Part shown: piece after piece, positions 51,075 through 64,000 of the stretch
How the letters are laid out: every line of letters starts with the position of its first letter
Position numbering within the stretch: position 1 is the first letter of the stretch
Source: Ramazzottius varieornatus
Lineage: Eukaryota > Animalia > Tardigrada
NCBI GenBank assembly: GCA_001949185.1
Contig: BDGG01000003.1
Span: forward strand, 4,709,092-4,773,091
Reading direction: 5' to 3'
DNA: 64,000 nucleotides
Position numbers and translations under genes: made by a program
Notes under the pieces: model-generated
The model's input: only the letters and a program-made list of their open reading frames with translations
What the model was told of the DNA's origin: nothing
The model's database searches: none

Positions 51075-51929
51075 CTATTTCTTCTTGCCGGCACCAACTG
51101 TGGCCTTTTTGGTACCTCGAACCTTCTTCATACGGTTCTTCTTTTCCTTGCGTTGCTTTCGGCCAGGCTTTGTTACTTTCTCTGCGAGTCCCATCTGCAA
51201 GGAAAAAAGATCAGTGAAACCACGTTGTGAACGAACGATTCAGCATTCCGGAGTACCCAAAACTGGGAGCACGGCGATCCAATTCAAGCAGATCGTCATC
51301 TTAATTGGTGCACGCTTTCAGTGATTTTGGCTCGAAGCGTGCGCCACTTGAAACACCGATCTGGCCAAGTTTGGACGTATGACTTGATTAACAATGTTGA
51401 TCGTAAGAAATCTGAATGCAACCGGCTGCAAAACTGTAATCAAACAATCAACGATACCCGCACATTACATAACAACGCCCTTCTCGAAGATATTTCTCTT
51501 CGAGATTCCCAGCGTTAACTTACCCTGACAAGTCTGTATTTGGGTTCAAACTTCTTGGCCGCGTCTACGGAGTCGTAAATAAGGGCAAATCCTTTCGTTC
51601 TTCCTCCACCAAACTGTGTTTTGAATCCGAAAACCATAACAGTATCAGTGGTGGTTTTGTATAGTCGCGCAAGCTTCTCTCTGACTTCCGTTCGTTTCAG
51701 GGTAGATCTGCCGGGATGGATGATGTCCACAACCTAGCCAAGAGTAACCCATACATTCAGACACATCTGCACTTCGTCTATAAGCGCAAAACGACTCACC
51801 ATTTGCTTTCTTTTGAGAAGACGGTTGGTCATAAAGTGACGCGTTCTGATGGTGGCGGTCTGATCGTCCGACTGCAAAGAAACGCCATCAGTACGTAGTT
51901 CTTTTCACTTCTCACCGTCGACTCACCAT
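51075..51929 (-). CDS. RPS24: 40S ribosomal protein S24, 4 exons (first exon contributes only ATG)
   Basis: M|[24 protein letters not shown]|VVDIIHPG...[21 protein letters not shown]...[11 protein letters not shown]|MGL...[17 protein letters not shown]. Confidence 0.96.
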
Positions 51930-52484
51930 TTTCGATGGTGCTCTTCCTCGATGGTATCAAGAATGTTCCAGAATACGAGGGATAACGCAGGAAGAAACGT
52001 CGTCGGCAGATGGAGAACCTGGAAGGCAGCACGGAAAGAGGTAAGAACGAAAATGGAAATTTTTCATCACTGCATCAGGGAAAAAGATCCGCAATAAGGC
52101 AAATCCCCAGGGTAAAATTCACTTCATTATGGTCGTGAAGCATCCTTCTCGCACATTCAGTTGATTGTTTTGTTACCGAAAGACCAACATAACAGCTGAT
52201 GCCTGATGGAAATTAAAATGTGTTTTATCCTGATCTTTCTGATCCTGATCTTTTGTTCTTCCTCAGAGTTCAAACCCTGTCTAGGCTCTCTTCCTTCCAC
52301 GTCACGTCGGAAGCGGACTGTTGCTTTCCACAGTTGCGTGAGGAGCATTGGTGTTGCAGATTCCTGCGGACACCTGTGTGGACGCTTCACGGACAACTGC
52401 ATTCTAAGGGCTCCTGTCGAAGAATTTCCAGTCGTTCTGCTTGATACTTCAGATCGCGCCTGACGATCCAACTGCGACTTCAGG

Positions 52485-53844
52485 ATGTTGCCGTCGATCG
52501 TTCGAGCAGCTACGAGATATGTGTCGCCTTCCACGGTAAGAAGTCACGCTGGGCATGAGTTGTAGATGGTCTGCATCCACTCAGCTACACCTTCACGTTA
52601 TAGGTTAGTCGTGGAATTGCTTCTTCGACGCCCGTCCTGTCTTCTCATCTTTTTGTGGTAAGGATTCCGCTCATATTCATTCACGGTAAACGTACCTCTT
52701 CATCGTCAGAAAAATATATTATATGTGTTGTTTTTCATTGCAGCACAGAGACACGGACTACAACAATCCAGATGTACCCTTCGAATTTTCTCCTGACAAT
52801 ATGAAGGTACGAGTAACTTGATCTTTTTCGCATTGTTTTCCAGAAATCTGCAGTTTCCTGCACCATCAGTTCATTCTTCTTTCTTTGCTCAGAGAATCGA
52901 AGCGATCTTAGCGCAGTTTCCCGATGGACACAAGAGGGCTGGCGTGATTCCCATCCTCGACCTTGCACAAAGGCAGCACGGTCAGAGGAGTTCCTCTTTC
53001 AGTATTCCATCTCTCGTTTGCTAGACTAACCTACTGAGCATGTCGTGTTGTGGCTGCAGGATGGCTTCCCATCTCTGCCATGCACAAAGTGGCCGAAGTG
53101 CTGGATATGCCGCGGATGAGAGTCTACGAAGTGGCCACCTTTTACACCATGTTCAACCGGCAGCCAACGGGCAAGTACCACGTCCAAGTCTGCACGACGA
53201 CGCCCTGTATGCTGTGTGGAGCGGAAGCTGTCCGCGAAAGACTCAAGGAAAAACTAGGTGGGACAATCTACGTTCTGAACTTCTGGCATCGAGAACCGAA
53301 AAACGGATAGTGGGCAAAGATGTTCACTCAGATTCTTTTCCCAACTGGCGCATGTTCTCGGTCAGTATGACGGAGAGCGTACGCCAATTGAAACGACGAT
53401 CTGCAAAAGCGCATTTTTGCCGATTTGCCAAAATAATTCATGAATTTAACGTTCCCTGAATTGTAGGAATCGACAAAGGACAGACGACGAAGGATGGTAT
53501 GTTCACTTTGAGCGAGGTGGAATGCTTGGGCGCTTGCGTCAACGCACCGATGATCCAGGTCAACGATGACTTTTACGTAAGAAGAATCAGCTTCTTTAGT
53601 ATTCTTAGCATAAAGTTGGACTCTCACACAGATTTTCTGGATGGAGATAGATGGTTAACTTGTCATCTTGTAGGAAGACTTGAGTTTGAAAGATGTCGAC
53701 GACATCATCGACAACCTAAGGGCCGGAAAGAGGCCGACGCCCGGTCCGCGGAACGGCAGGACATGTTCAGAACCCATCGCGGGACTTACCTCGCTGACGG
53801 AAGAACCGAAAGGACCCGGCTTTGGTCTGCAGGCTGGGCTTTAA
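52485..53844 (+). CDS. NDUFV2: NADH dehydrogenase flavoprotein 2 (24 kDa, 2Fe-2S), 7 exons
   Basis: LFV|HRDT...DLAQRQH|[13 protein letters not shown]...[12 protein letters not shown]...[10 protein letters not shown]...[21 protein letters not shown]|EDL...PGPR...[10 protein letters not shown]. Confidence 0.96.
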
Positions 53845-54034
53845 TTCGTTGGCATAACTTTGACTGTCTTTAAATTGTCCCTATAGACTATCAACTTTTG
53901 TTTTAGCCCTACAGATTCTACATTGGTGGTTGGTTTGGAATAATTATTCAGTAGACTTTTGTATATGTCATGTAGTAGACAGGCTCTGATGTGCAGAAAG
54001 CAAAGGCAGTAAGCTGGGTTTTGGTTTAGCTCTT

Positions 54035-57000
54035 TTAGTCATCATCCTTGTCGTGCTGCGCTTCTCTTTCGAAGCACGTCAGAAAGTGTTCTTGTAGAGT
54101 ATGGTATAAATGAAAGCGCAGCCTTCGGATACTGTGATCCTCATCCGGGTAAATCTGGAAGGAAGTTCCGTCATTCACCCTTACAGTATTGTCTCTTTCG
54201 TTGTTTCGTGGACACCAACCTGAGTTTTGAAGAGAATATCAGCCTTCATTAGAGCTTTGGTAAACTGAGCAGCTTGCTGGAAATGCACGTTATCTGTGGA
54301 ACCAAAAACACGGAAGTTAAGCAAAAACGGCGTCCGAGTCGTCCAGCCAATGCTAGGGACAGAAAGTTTTACCATCGGCAGTTCCATGTACAAGGAGGAA
54401 AGACGTGCGGGCGAAGTGCCAGTACAGCGAGTCCGTACTGTAAGGCATTAAATTGGAGTTCTCGTAGGCTTTAGGATTGTCTTCTGGCGTACTCATGAAC
54501 CGTTCAGTGTAGGCCGTATCTACCCGAAAGAAACAACAGCATCAGATTTTTCTGCAATTAACCACGACAAGGCATTGTAAGTATTTGGTACCGTATAACT
54601 TCCAGTCGGTCACAGGAGCCACCGATGCGGCGCAGCGGATGACTTGTGGGGCGTTATCGAGGAGGACTGCTCTTGCTGTGGCGTAACCGCCGTAGGACTG
54701 AAGAAAAGTCAGAAAGCCAGTTATGGAAGCATGAAATGTGGGACAGGAAGCGGCTGCCGGAAGTTGTCCTTACCCATCCCCAAATGCCGACTCGTGCCGG
54801 ATCGAGATACTGGTGGTTATCCAGCAGGTATTGCGCCACTTCCAGTTGGTCCTTCACTTCGTTGAATCCGAGGTTGCGATTAACTTCGTACTTCATCCTG
54901 AAGCCTTGGTAGCCACTTCCTCGACCGTCAATCCGAGCGATAACAACCTCCTGGGAACTGGCCAGGTATTCTTCAAAATCCATACGATAGCGTGAATGGA
55001 CCTCCTGACTTCCGGGTCCACCGTAGACTCTGATGAGCAAGGAATAACGCTTGTTGGCATGTCCGGTGAACTTGGGCGGAAGAAGGAGCTCAACTTGCGC
55101 CTCTATGAAGAAGATATTCCAATAAAAAATTCATATTTCCTAAACGGAAGCTTGGCAAACGAATTCCCCCAAGTGTATTCCAAAGTGACGCACCCTGTCG
55201 CGCAACAACAATGGATATGTGCGCCACTTGAGATACTAATCTAAAGAGAATTCGTCCGTCTACCGACGTTCCATCAAGAATGATTCTTAGTTAAACTGAA
55301 TAAATATTTTTTATTTATATTAATCTAAACTTAATTCACTTTTTTAAAATTTAATTTACTTGGTCCGTTCACGAGAGATTTCAGTTCGACTTCGAGATAC
55401 TTCCGGTGAGGTATAGCTTTGACGTCAACTTGATTCTGGACCTTCTTGTTCCCACGTACTTCGTGAACCTCTTTCAGGTCCGCGTCACCACTGAGAAGAT
55501 GCGAAAGCTGCCATACTTGGGTATAAGGCACGTTGGGTCCTCGGCATGTTACGACGATGTAGTCGGGGTTCTCGCCGTGGCTGAAGCGTACGTCGTCGTA
55601 GTACGTGCAGTTCCTCGTAAGGTTACAAGTCAAACATTTCACGTCGTTGCCGGTGATGCGTATGATGTGTCGATTCCTCGGAGCATCATAGGCCGCAAGA
55701 GCGTAACTGTGAGAGACAAAAATGGCACAAGTTATACTGAAATGTATCGTACATAATTATGGGAGCCCGGCAAACGAACTCGACAAGACTGTCCTCCCCC
55801 GTGGCGCAAATTTTCAGTGTTGTAAACCGAAAGCGTGCGTCACTTAAAAAATCATCTTGTCGAATTTATGCAAGTGGCGCACGTTCACAATGTCATTTGC
55901 AAGACGCGTGCGCCACTTGGAGAAGCAGCCTTGTCGAGTTCGTTTGCCGGACTTTGTGTCTTGGAGTGCGTATTTCACTTACATGGTTTCTTCCTTGTTT
56001 GTATTGCTTTGTACAGCCAATATTTCCGTTATGTCAAAATTAGTGTTCACGCAGTTCATGTCAAACGACGCTGAAGTCGTCGAAAATCTACACACAGTCT
56101 GGTGTTGGCGTTGGTCAGCGTGGTTCCCGGACAGCATGACGATCTTGGCACCATCGTCGAGCGGAAAGGGTGGAGAGTCCTGAGAGAAAAGGGATGTTCG
56201 TGGAAGTGTCACGATAACCTGTCTTGGCGCAACTGACCTCTAACCATCCTTCTCGTGATTCCAGTCTGTATATCTTTGTACACGTTAGCGTACTTGCTGG
56301 GCAAGAAGCCAGGATGGAAATGTTTTGGTATCGGTTAGTCCAACGAACGAAAAGTTTGTCCGGCGCAAGCCATGTCACTGTCGTGATGTACCATTCTCTG
56401 GAGTTAAACGAAGGAGGCCAGTGTATACGTAGTGTGTACCAGGACACCTCGGTCTTGAACTGAAGGGGCCAGGCGGCTGCGCTTACCCAAACTCTTTAAC
56501 CTCTTGTGGCTCCTCAACACGTCGTCCCTCTCCTGGGACACGTCGAGTGCGAGAGACAGCTTCCGGATCGACAATGTACAGGGCTACGGCAGGATTCTTT
56601 GTTCCAGCCTGCAGATACGCAGTAGGTGTTGTCAGCGTATCTCACTGTATGGAAGCTCGGCAGAAAAAAACTCGCGAAAACTGCTATTCCAAGTGGCGCA
56701 CGCTTCCGATGTCACTGGCCGAAAGCGTGCGCCATTTGGAAAAACGATCTTGTCGAGTTTGGCTGTCCTTATGAGGTGACAGTTGCGTACATACTTTGGG
56801 ATAGCGGATCTTGGTGCTGTTGGAATACTGTTTTGCGGGGTTCGCATCGTATCCGTACGTATCGAACGCGAACGTCTGGACTTCCGTGTCGTTGAAGCTA
56901 AGGTACGCCAGATACTTGCTGTCCGGTGACCACCACACCGCGTGATCGCTAGACAAAATCTCCTCTGCAAAAATAAAAGACCATTTCACATTTCCGCGTG

Positions 57001-59524
57001 ATTTTTTGGCACCACCTCGTCCAACTCGCGCACTTTTGGCTATCTTGCCTACTCTCAGGTGCGCCACTTACACTCAGGTTTCAGACACTTCGTTTGACCC
57101 GCGCATTTGTATTGTCTCATACTCGTACCACTACTGTATCACATGCGCCACTTCTCTTCGCGCTTTAAAAATCTTGATCAAGTTGCGCACCGGAACGTAA
57201 ATATATGGTTGTAACTTTACCTTCGTAAAGCCAGTCGGGAATGCCATTATAGATCACTTCCGTGCCATTCCGAGGATTTTGATCCGTGGCCCCAGTATCG
57301 GTTAACCTGACAGCATTTTCTAATAATCCTTCCTGCGATAACTTTTGGTAGTAAATGTCATTTTCATGGACGAAGACAAGTTTATGTTCCACTGTCGAAG
57401 GTGCCCAGGTTGCGTACTGCAACAAGAGTGGTCTGTGGTCGTCGAATGGACTGATGATTAACGACGCGTTCAGCCATTGATGATTATCCAGATCGTGAAT
57501 TCTATACGACGCTTTCGTGGTATGCCGGTAGACCTGAAACATAGCAGAAAACCTTCTCGAGAATCGATCGGTAGGAGTTTCCAATCGTTCGACCACAGTC
57601 TACCTTCCGAGTATCCTTTGTGTAGAGTAGAAACCTTCTTTCAGCAGAAGGCGCCAACTTGTACGAATCTATTCTTTCCGAAGCTTTCTGAAGAAGAAGC
57701 AATTCCTTTGAAAGTTTATAAATCAAGTTCTTCCTCGAGGTTGTCAAGAACCAAAAGTCGCGGGCGAGAAAGGGGACAGCGACCTGAACATAACCGTTTT
57801 CTCAAGTGGCGCACGCTTCCGGCCGATAACAGTGCCAACGTGCGCTACTTAAGTCAGCGATAGTTTACCGACGTTTCAATTTCAGTTTAACTTACCAAAT
57901 CGAGTAAAATCGATGTAGTTTTATTCTGTAGATTGTGGACAATTATGGAGTTGTTCGTATCGGACTGATACAGTAACTCTTTATCTGTGAGAAATAGTTG
58001 AAACCAAACATGAATCAAGGTTTAGGAGAAAGCATGGTGAGGACCGGAAGAGCGACTTACCGGATAACCACTGAACTTCCTTGTACGATGGACTGAGACT
58101 TCCGTCTGTGATGTCGTACAGCGTAAGTGGCTGTCCATCCCGATGGTAAGTCTCCACGGCTGTAAAGATAAACTTGACATTCAGTAAGACAAAGTGCAGC
58201 CAGGATGAGGATGGGAAAAAGATGAGGAACTCACTGGGAGCCAGTAAGGCAATGGCCATTATCACAAGTGCACATATCACAGCAATGACACAGAGGGCAA
58301 TCAAGACGCCCTTCCAGTTCTTCCCGCCAGCTTCCGGTGTGGCCAATTCCTGAAATTGTTTGATACTTCTTATCGATGCATAGTTTGCCGAGCCACCATG
58401 ATGCATTTCGAAACCCAAAGGGATGTTTTTCTAGTAACGCAATTTAGTCAACACAACCGATAGGTTAACTAATCAACTTCTAGCACACAATCAAGCGACC
58501 GCAAAGGAATTGAGACACGGAAGTGGGTACTTTTCTGGGAGAAAATGTCTAAGTGTGACAGAATGGTAGAAACACGGTTGTGGAACGTTGCTGGAAGCTT
58601 GAGCTAGGGAATTTACGGTTTGGAAGTTGCCAAACGGAGGACTCACTGGTGTCGATTATATTAACAACCGGGCACGTTCACGATCTGGGGCGGATGCTCG
58701 GAACAACAAATTGGGCATCGTTAGGGACCGTCGCAGAGACAGAAGTTATGTGCCGAGGATATTATCGCCAGGCGTTCAAGCAAAACGTGCGTGAGAATAT
58801 CCATCAATAACAACTGGTCAACACTTGTCCCGTGATGTCGGACAGATTTACTGCGACGTGAGAGACCCAAACCCTCTTCCTCTGTCATGTCATCGGTTAT
58901 ATTTCAACCAGACGACAACATGCAAGTCCTAAATCAGGAACGTTAACGACAACATGGGAACCTAACATGTGGAACCACTTCACACCCGCACATCTCACTG
59001 GAAACGATTAGCACGCTTCCGAAAAAGTCACGGAAAGTTGTCCTGCGTGCAGATGGCGCTGTGTGAACCCAGGCGGTTTCCATTTTTGAAAGCACGAAAA
59101 CCGATCATATTTTTGTCAGATGGCGCATGCATCTACTCAATAACATCGAATATCTACGCCACTTGGGAAACTTTCGAACTCGGCCGAAAATTCAAGCTTC
59201 TCAGAACTTCGTCAGCGCTTCGAAGGGTTTCCACAATGTATATGCATACTGCAGTCAGCTACTGACTTGAGACAACGGAGCAAAATCTAAAGTGAAACCA
59301 AATGATCGTACCAGCGTAATAACTCACGTCAGAACGTACAGACTAAAATTGTGGTAGGGAAGAGCTTACATCGGTTAATAATGGCCTAGGCTTTTTTCTC
59401 ATTAATTTGTTGAATAATGGAAGTGATTTTTTAGTTATAGATGAATGTCATCCGCACACAGAACACTCACTTCCGGCTTGCCTTCGGTCATGGAATAAAC
59501 CTCCTCCTTCCTGGCCACCGCCAT
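54035..59524 (-). CDS. Dipeptidyl peptidase IV family (S9B) type II membrane protein, multi-exon
   Basis: Putative first exon MAVARKEEVYSMTEGKPE (59524-59471); NWKGVLIALCVIAVICAL anchor; NGIPDWLYE|EEI; GIWGW|SYGG, HGTAD|DNVH and YPDEDH catalytic motifs. Confidence 0.9.
55761..55952. repeat. TGGCGCA palindrome element, dimer, in DPP intron
   Basis: GGAGCCCGGCAAACGAACTCGACAAG, two cores (about 55799 and 55872), CTTGTCGAGTTCGTTTGCCGGA; outer arms are near-perfect inverted repeats. Confidence 0.88.
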
Positions 59525-62500
59525 TGTCAAAGTTCGCCACACTACAGCAGGTTACAGGAAGTGAATCGAGCTCGAACCAAAGCTAAGCAGATCAAATCAT
59601 CAAGCTCCAGAACTATCCCACTGGTTTCCAATTAGCCACGGTTAGAAACCATACTCCGAGATATGCGTTGTTCTCTCTTGCAAGAAGACACCAGTGCGCC
59701 ATAGTACGCTGATTACCTGAAGTAGGATTTCACACTCGAACCGTGGTTTAGTTCTGTCGAACTTCAACGCCCATATCTGACTTGGGGTATTCAGCCGTTT
59801 AAGATATGGTGTCCGAGACCAATACTTTGATTTCATGAAGAATATGCCCTGTCAAATTGCAGCGGAATTCCGATAAACCTTATCGCTTACGCAGGTCAAA
59901 ACGTTTGGAACTCTGAGAGACTGGGAGATTTCTCCATGGCATTCCTTCATGTCACAATGCGCCATTTTTAATTCCAAGAGCTTCCTATCCCCTCTTCTTC
60001 TCTACGAAAATGCGGAAAGGAACATCATCGGCAGCAGAGGAGAGCTCGGTAGGATCTGATTTCCCAAGTGACGCACTTTTGCGGTGTTAGAACCGGCAAG
60101 CGTGCGCCACTTGGACAAACAAACTTGTCGCGTTCGTTCGCCCAAGTCCCTGACTTCCTTGTGCCAATCGACGTTCGCGCAAGAGTAAAGAAGGACCACA
60201 GGAAGATCATCGAAGCCAGAGAGCTTTACTACCAATTTCTGATTAGACCCACGTCTCAAGGTTAACATGATACAGCCAGTCTCTCTTTGCAATCCTGTAA
60301 AACCCGACGACCAGGCGGGAAAGCATTTTGAATTTCCTCACATTATCGCATGACGGTAATGGCTGGCGTACATGCACTTTGTGCATCAATCAGTAACCAC
60401 CCGCGTTCCTCTCACTGCAAAGAGATTTCTATAATTAACCAAAACATAATGTCAAGCCAAGAACGTAACTGCTACATTCCGCTAGACCACCAACTAGTAG
60501 ATGAATTTAGCGCAGACAGGCATCAGCGAACCCAACGACGACTTGCGCTGACTGCATGCAGTTGGACCTCGTGCTGCGGTCGCTGATCATATGTGAATTC
60601 TACAGCAGCTCTCCTCAGTTTTTCCACAGCTTGTACACCAGACTGAAGACTTGTAGAGTATTGGAAGTGACGGTGTCAGCAAACATAAAGATACACAAAT
60701 TCGGCCAGATCGTTTTTTTTCTAGTGGCGCACACCTTTGGTAATATTCGCTAAAAGCGCGCGCCACTTTGGAAAACGATCTGGCTGTGAGGTTGTTTGTC
60801 GAGAGCGCCAAAACGTGCATGAGCGTGCAAGATCTCCTCCCCGATCATGGCTAATGTGATTAGTCCACAAAATATTCCTGTATAATTTACAGACTACCGC
60901 ATGAGTACGCCGAAAGTGTTTATTTTTCGAGGGACTGCAGTGATCCCCGATCAATATGCTAATTTTCAAATTGGGATGATATCGAACACGTCTCGCTTGA
61001 TGATTGTGTTAACCGAAAAGCAATCGGTACAATTTCAATAATTTTGTCCTTCCCCTTATTGGCGCAATAATTTCTTAAATCGACCAGAAACATTATGTAC
61101 CTCGCTATCATCGTAGTTGTCAATTTCCTTCATGTTTTTCTCCAGCAGGTGTGTTCGATGCCCCGCTTTCTCATCAACAATCCAGTCTTTGCAACCGCGT
61201 ATTCCACAATTCCGAGTAACATAAATTGCCAACAGACGTCAGAGTCATTTTCAAAGATTCCAAAGGGGACCAAGAACAGACTATATCGACGGAAGTAAAA
61301 CTATTTATCCAGACGGAGAACAAACAACGTCTGAAGGATGAAAACATCCAGAGTTTATTTTTACGTAAAGTGGGCGAAGCGTCCAAATAAAGGTTGACGT
61401 TGAAAGTGAGGGGAACATGGTTATATCAGGAAGATGACAGCTAATCATCGAAGCCAACGGGAACCCAATAAAATTCCAGTGAGAAATGAGTGCGTTCATC
61501 CAGCCGGGATTGGATCAAGGAAGACCTAGCCACCTCCCGTGCAATATAGTTTTCACTAGTGTGTACCAGGAGTAAACACAGGATAATTGCTTCGGCTTGT
61601 TGGAGCATGAATGGAAATGAAAGAGGAGGCTAAGCTGTAGGCAGGGGATATCGAGGTTCGCTGTAATCGTGACAGGCAGCAGTTTGCAAGTCGTCTGTCT
61701 TAAGGACCAGGCCCGCTGCGATGGCGCGCGTCTTCATCGAGAAAGAGAAATCTTCAAGTGGTTCGCGAGATAGCTCGGCTCAGCTGCATATGACAGCGCC
61801 TTCACGAAGAGGGGTTTCGCCAGCCTGTCACACACTTTGTTCCAGCCAAACAGCAGATCAAGAGGGGACGGAACATCACAAAACCTCACACGTCAAAAAA
61901 CGTCTGCTGTCAGTTTCTGCACACGAGAGACCGACACTCGATCTCTTTCCCAGTGTGATGTTCTTGTACATATGCTTCTTTGTACTGTATAATGATCAGT
62001 CGGTGACTTGAAGTTCCAGAAGTCTCCTCAAGTTACACTTGAAGATTGTGGGACGTGACTGAAAGCGTGGCTTGGAAGACCCGGAAGTGACTGAAATGTA
62101 CACATGGCAGCTCACTAAACGTACGCAACATCACTTTTCAAAGTGGCGCAGCCTTCCAGCCAAAAACACCGAAAGCGTGCGCCACTGGGGAAATCGTCCA
62201 AGCCTAGTTCGTCTACCGAGCTAGCGCACAAAACAGAATTCGCACAACAGCTTTGTGACCGGGGAAGAAACGCGACGGCGTCAGGATCCAGGAACAGGGC
62301 TGGTCTGATGGAGGCGTAATGAATCAGCTTGACTTGTGTAGCACTTCGGAGTATTTTTCTGACGTTTATTTGGCGCGAGTATCATAATGTTATGCTGTAG
62401 TCTGGTTCTTCGGCCGATCTTGTCTGATTGTTGGACTAGCCTGAAGGGAATTGCTGGAAGCTGAAGCAACAAACACTTTGTGCTCTTTGGGATGCTTGCA

Positions 62501-64000
62501 GATAAAAGTGATCAGCGAGGCATGAAGGGTAGTAGCTATTGCTATTGATCGCCCGGAAACGGCCCAACTACGACGAGAGTGCAGTCAGCCACTACCCATC
62601 CCACTTTGTTCCCGCCATCGGGAGCCATCAGCGACTGAATGACTGCGTTCCGTTTTTTCTAACACATTTGTCCCTCTTTGCACGCTATTTAACCATCCGT
62701 AAATCATCTCCAATCTATCCACGTTCGCCCGAAAAAGAACTTACCCAACGTTACGTCATCGCACTTGGTCGCTGAATGTTCGATTAGGTTAGGTCAGGTT
62801 TAGGTTTATTGGTTTAAAGTCCATCAGCACGGGAACTTGTCCCATCAAGACCACAGGACATCACAATATCGGTAGAATACAGTCGGAAAAGAGTATCATT
62901 TGTAAAGTTAGCATTTCAGGGCTGGCAGATGTCGATTTTGCCACTTTGGCTGCTTAGCCATCTTTCTTCGTCAGAGGACGGTTTCTCAGTCCGAGCTCAA
63001 GCCAACAGGGCTTCTGAGACTGTGGGCTACCGGATCCACTCACTAAGGAGTTTACCCCGGTCGATGGTTCCGTTTGCAATCAACCTTGCTAGGCCAAAAT
63101 TAGAGTGGCTGTCGCAGGAGGGCTCCGTATACCACTCTTCCCAAAATGTTTGTCTTGACCACCCTTTGCTTACAATAATCAACGGAAAGAGATCAGAACA
63201 ATAAGTCAGAATGAAAAAGTCGGTTTAGCAAAGGAAAAGGCTTCCAGTCAACAGACTCGAGAGCTAGTTCAAATTTCCACTTAGTTTCATAGGCAGCAGC
63301 TGGGAAGTCTAGCGAGTTCCACAAGCTAAACATTATCCCGACGAAGGAGTCAGGACTGGTGAGTAACTTTCGACCATTCAGGAAGGAGCCAGTGGGCTGA
63401 ACGGGACTGGGATGCGTGCGATTGCAAGTTGCAATTAAATTTCCATCACTGACACGCCATTCTGCTACTGTGCACACAAGAACCAGCTACGATCTACGTT
63501 CTTGAATCTTTAAAGTAAGAAACAGCAATTAGGAAGCTAAGCTTATACCGAAACAGCAAACAAAGAAGCCAGAACGGGACGCGTTGAAGAAGCTTCCGAT
63601 TTTAGATGGCGCCACCTACCGGCGGACCCAACGTAGAACTCAGACTTTCAACCAATAGCACGATTTCTACTTTGAAGATTCTGAAGATAAAAACCAGGCT
63701 TTTGCTGTTGCGGTCAAAGCTGGCAAGCCTTGAAGTTGGTTTAAAGGATGAAAATCTGCAATGGAAAGGAAACTAAGATATTAATATAATACGTAAGACA
63801 GAATCTGGGTCGTTCCAAACAGAAACCCTAAATCTCGAATTTATTCAACCTTCTCAGAAATCGAGTTTTTGTGTTTTCACCACCGGTCTTCAGCATGGCA
63901 TAGCCAAACTTCAAGTTTTCACGCCAACTTTCATGTGTGCGGTCTTTTGCGGCATTTTCAGATCCGATGCAATTTCTCTTTCTCCGCAAGATTGCTAGCT

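Noticed and set aside
62784-62816. TTAGG-like telomeric repeat
   Set aside because: Only about 5 degenerate units, interstitial; could be chance.

Overview
Eukaryotic, gene-dense animal DNA with short GT-AG introns; composition and compactness suggest a tardigrade (Ramazzottius-like) genome, which is inference. About 21 protein-coding loci are readable after splicing by eye: FAM98 (first exon only), a bacterial-type NmrA gene carrying a stop and a frameshift, an ML/NPC2-domain protein, CTF8, PPT2, ATG101, a secreted cadherin-repeat protein, SLC26, three LRFamide neuropeptide precursors, NEK1, two tandem Cys-rich microproteins mostly missed by the ORF track, a Tudor protein, NUP42, twisted gastrulation, a CEP57-like gene, par-6, RPS24, NDUFV2 and a DPP4-family peptidase. 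The most striking non-coding structure is a dispersed palindrome, core AAGTGGCGCAC-N24/25-GTGCGCCACTT, with roughly 50-60 copies by eye. It occurs as monomers, dimers and a trimer in nearly every intron longer than about 180 nt, and ten dimer-bearing introns from seven unrelated genes are 275-286 nt long. A 618-bp TA-flanked MITE is also present. All exon boundaries were read manually; gene spans include introns.
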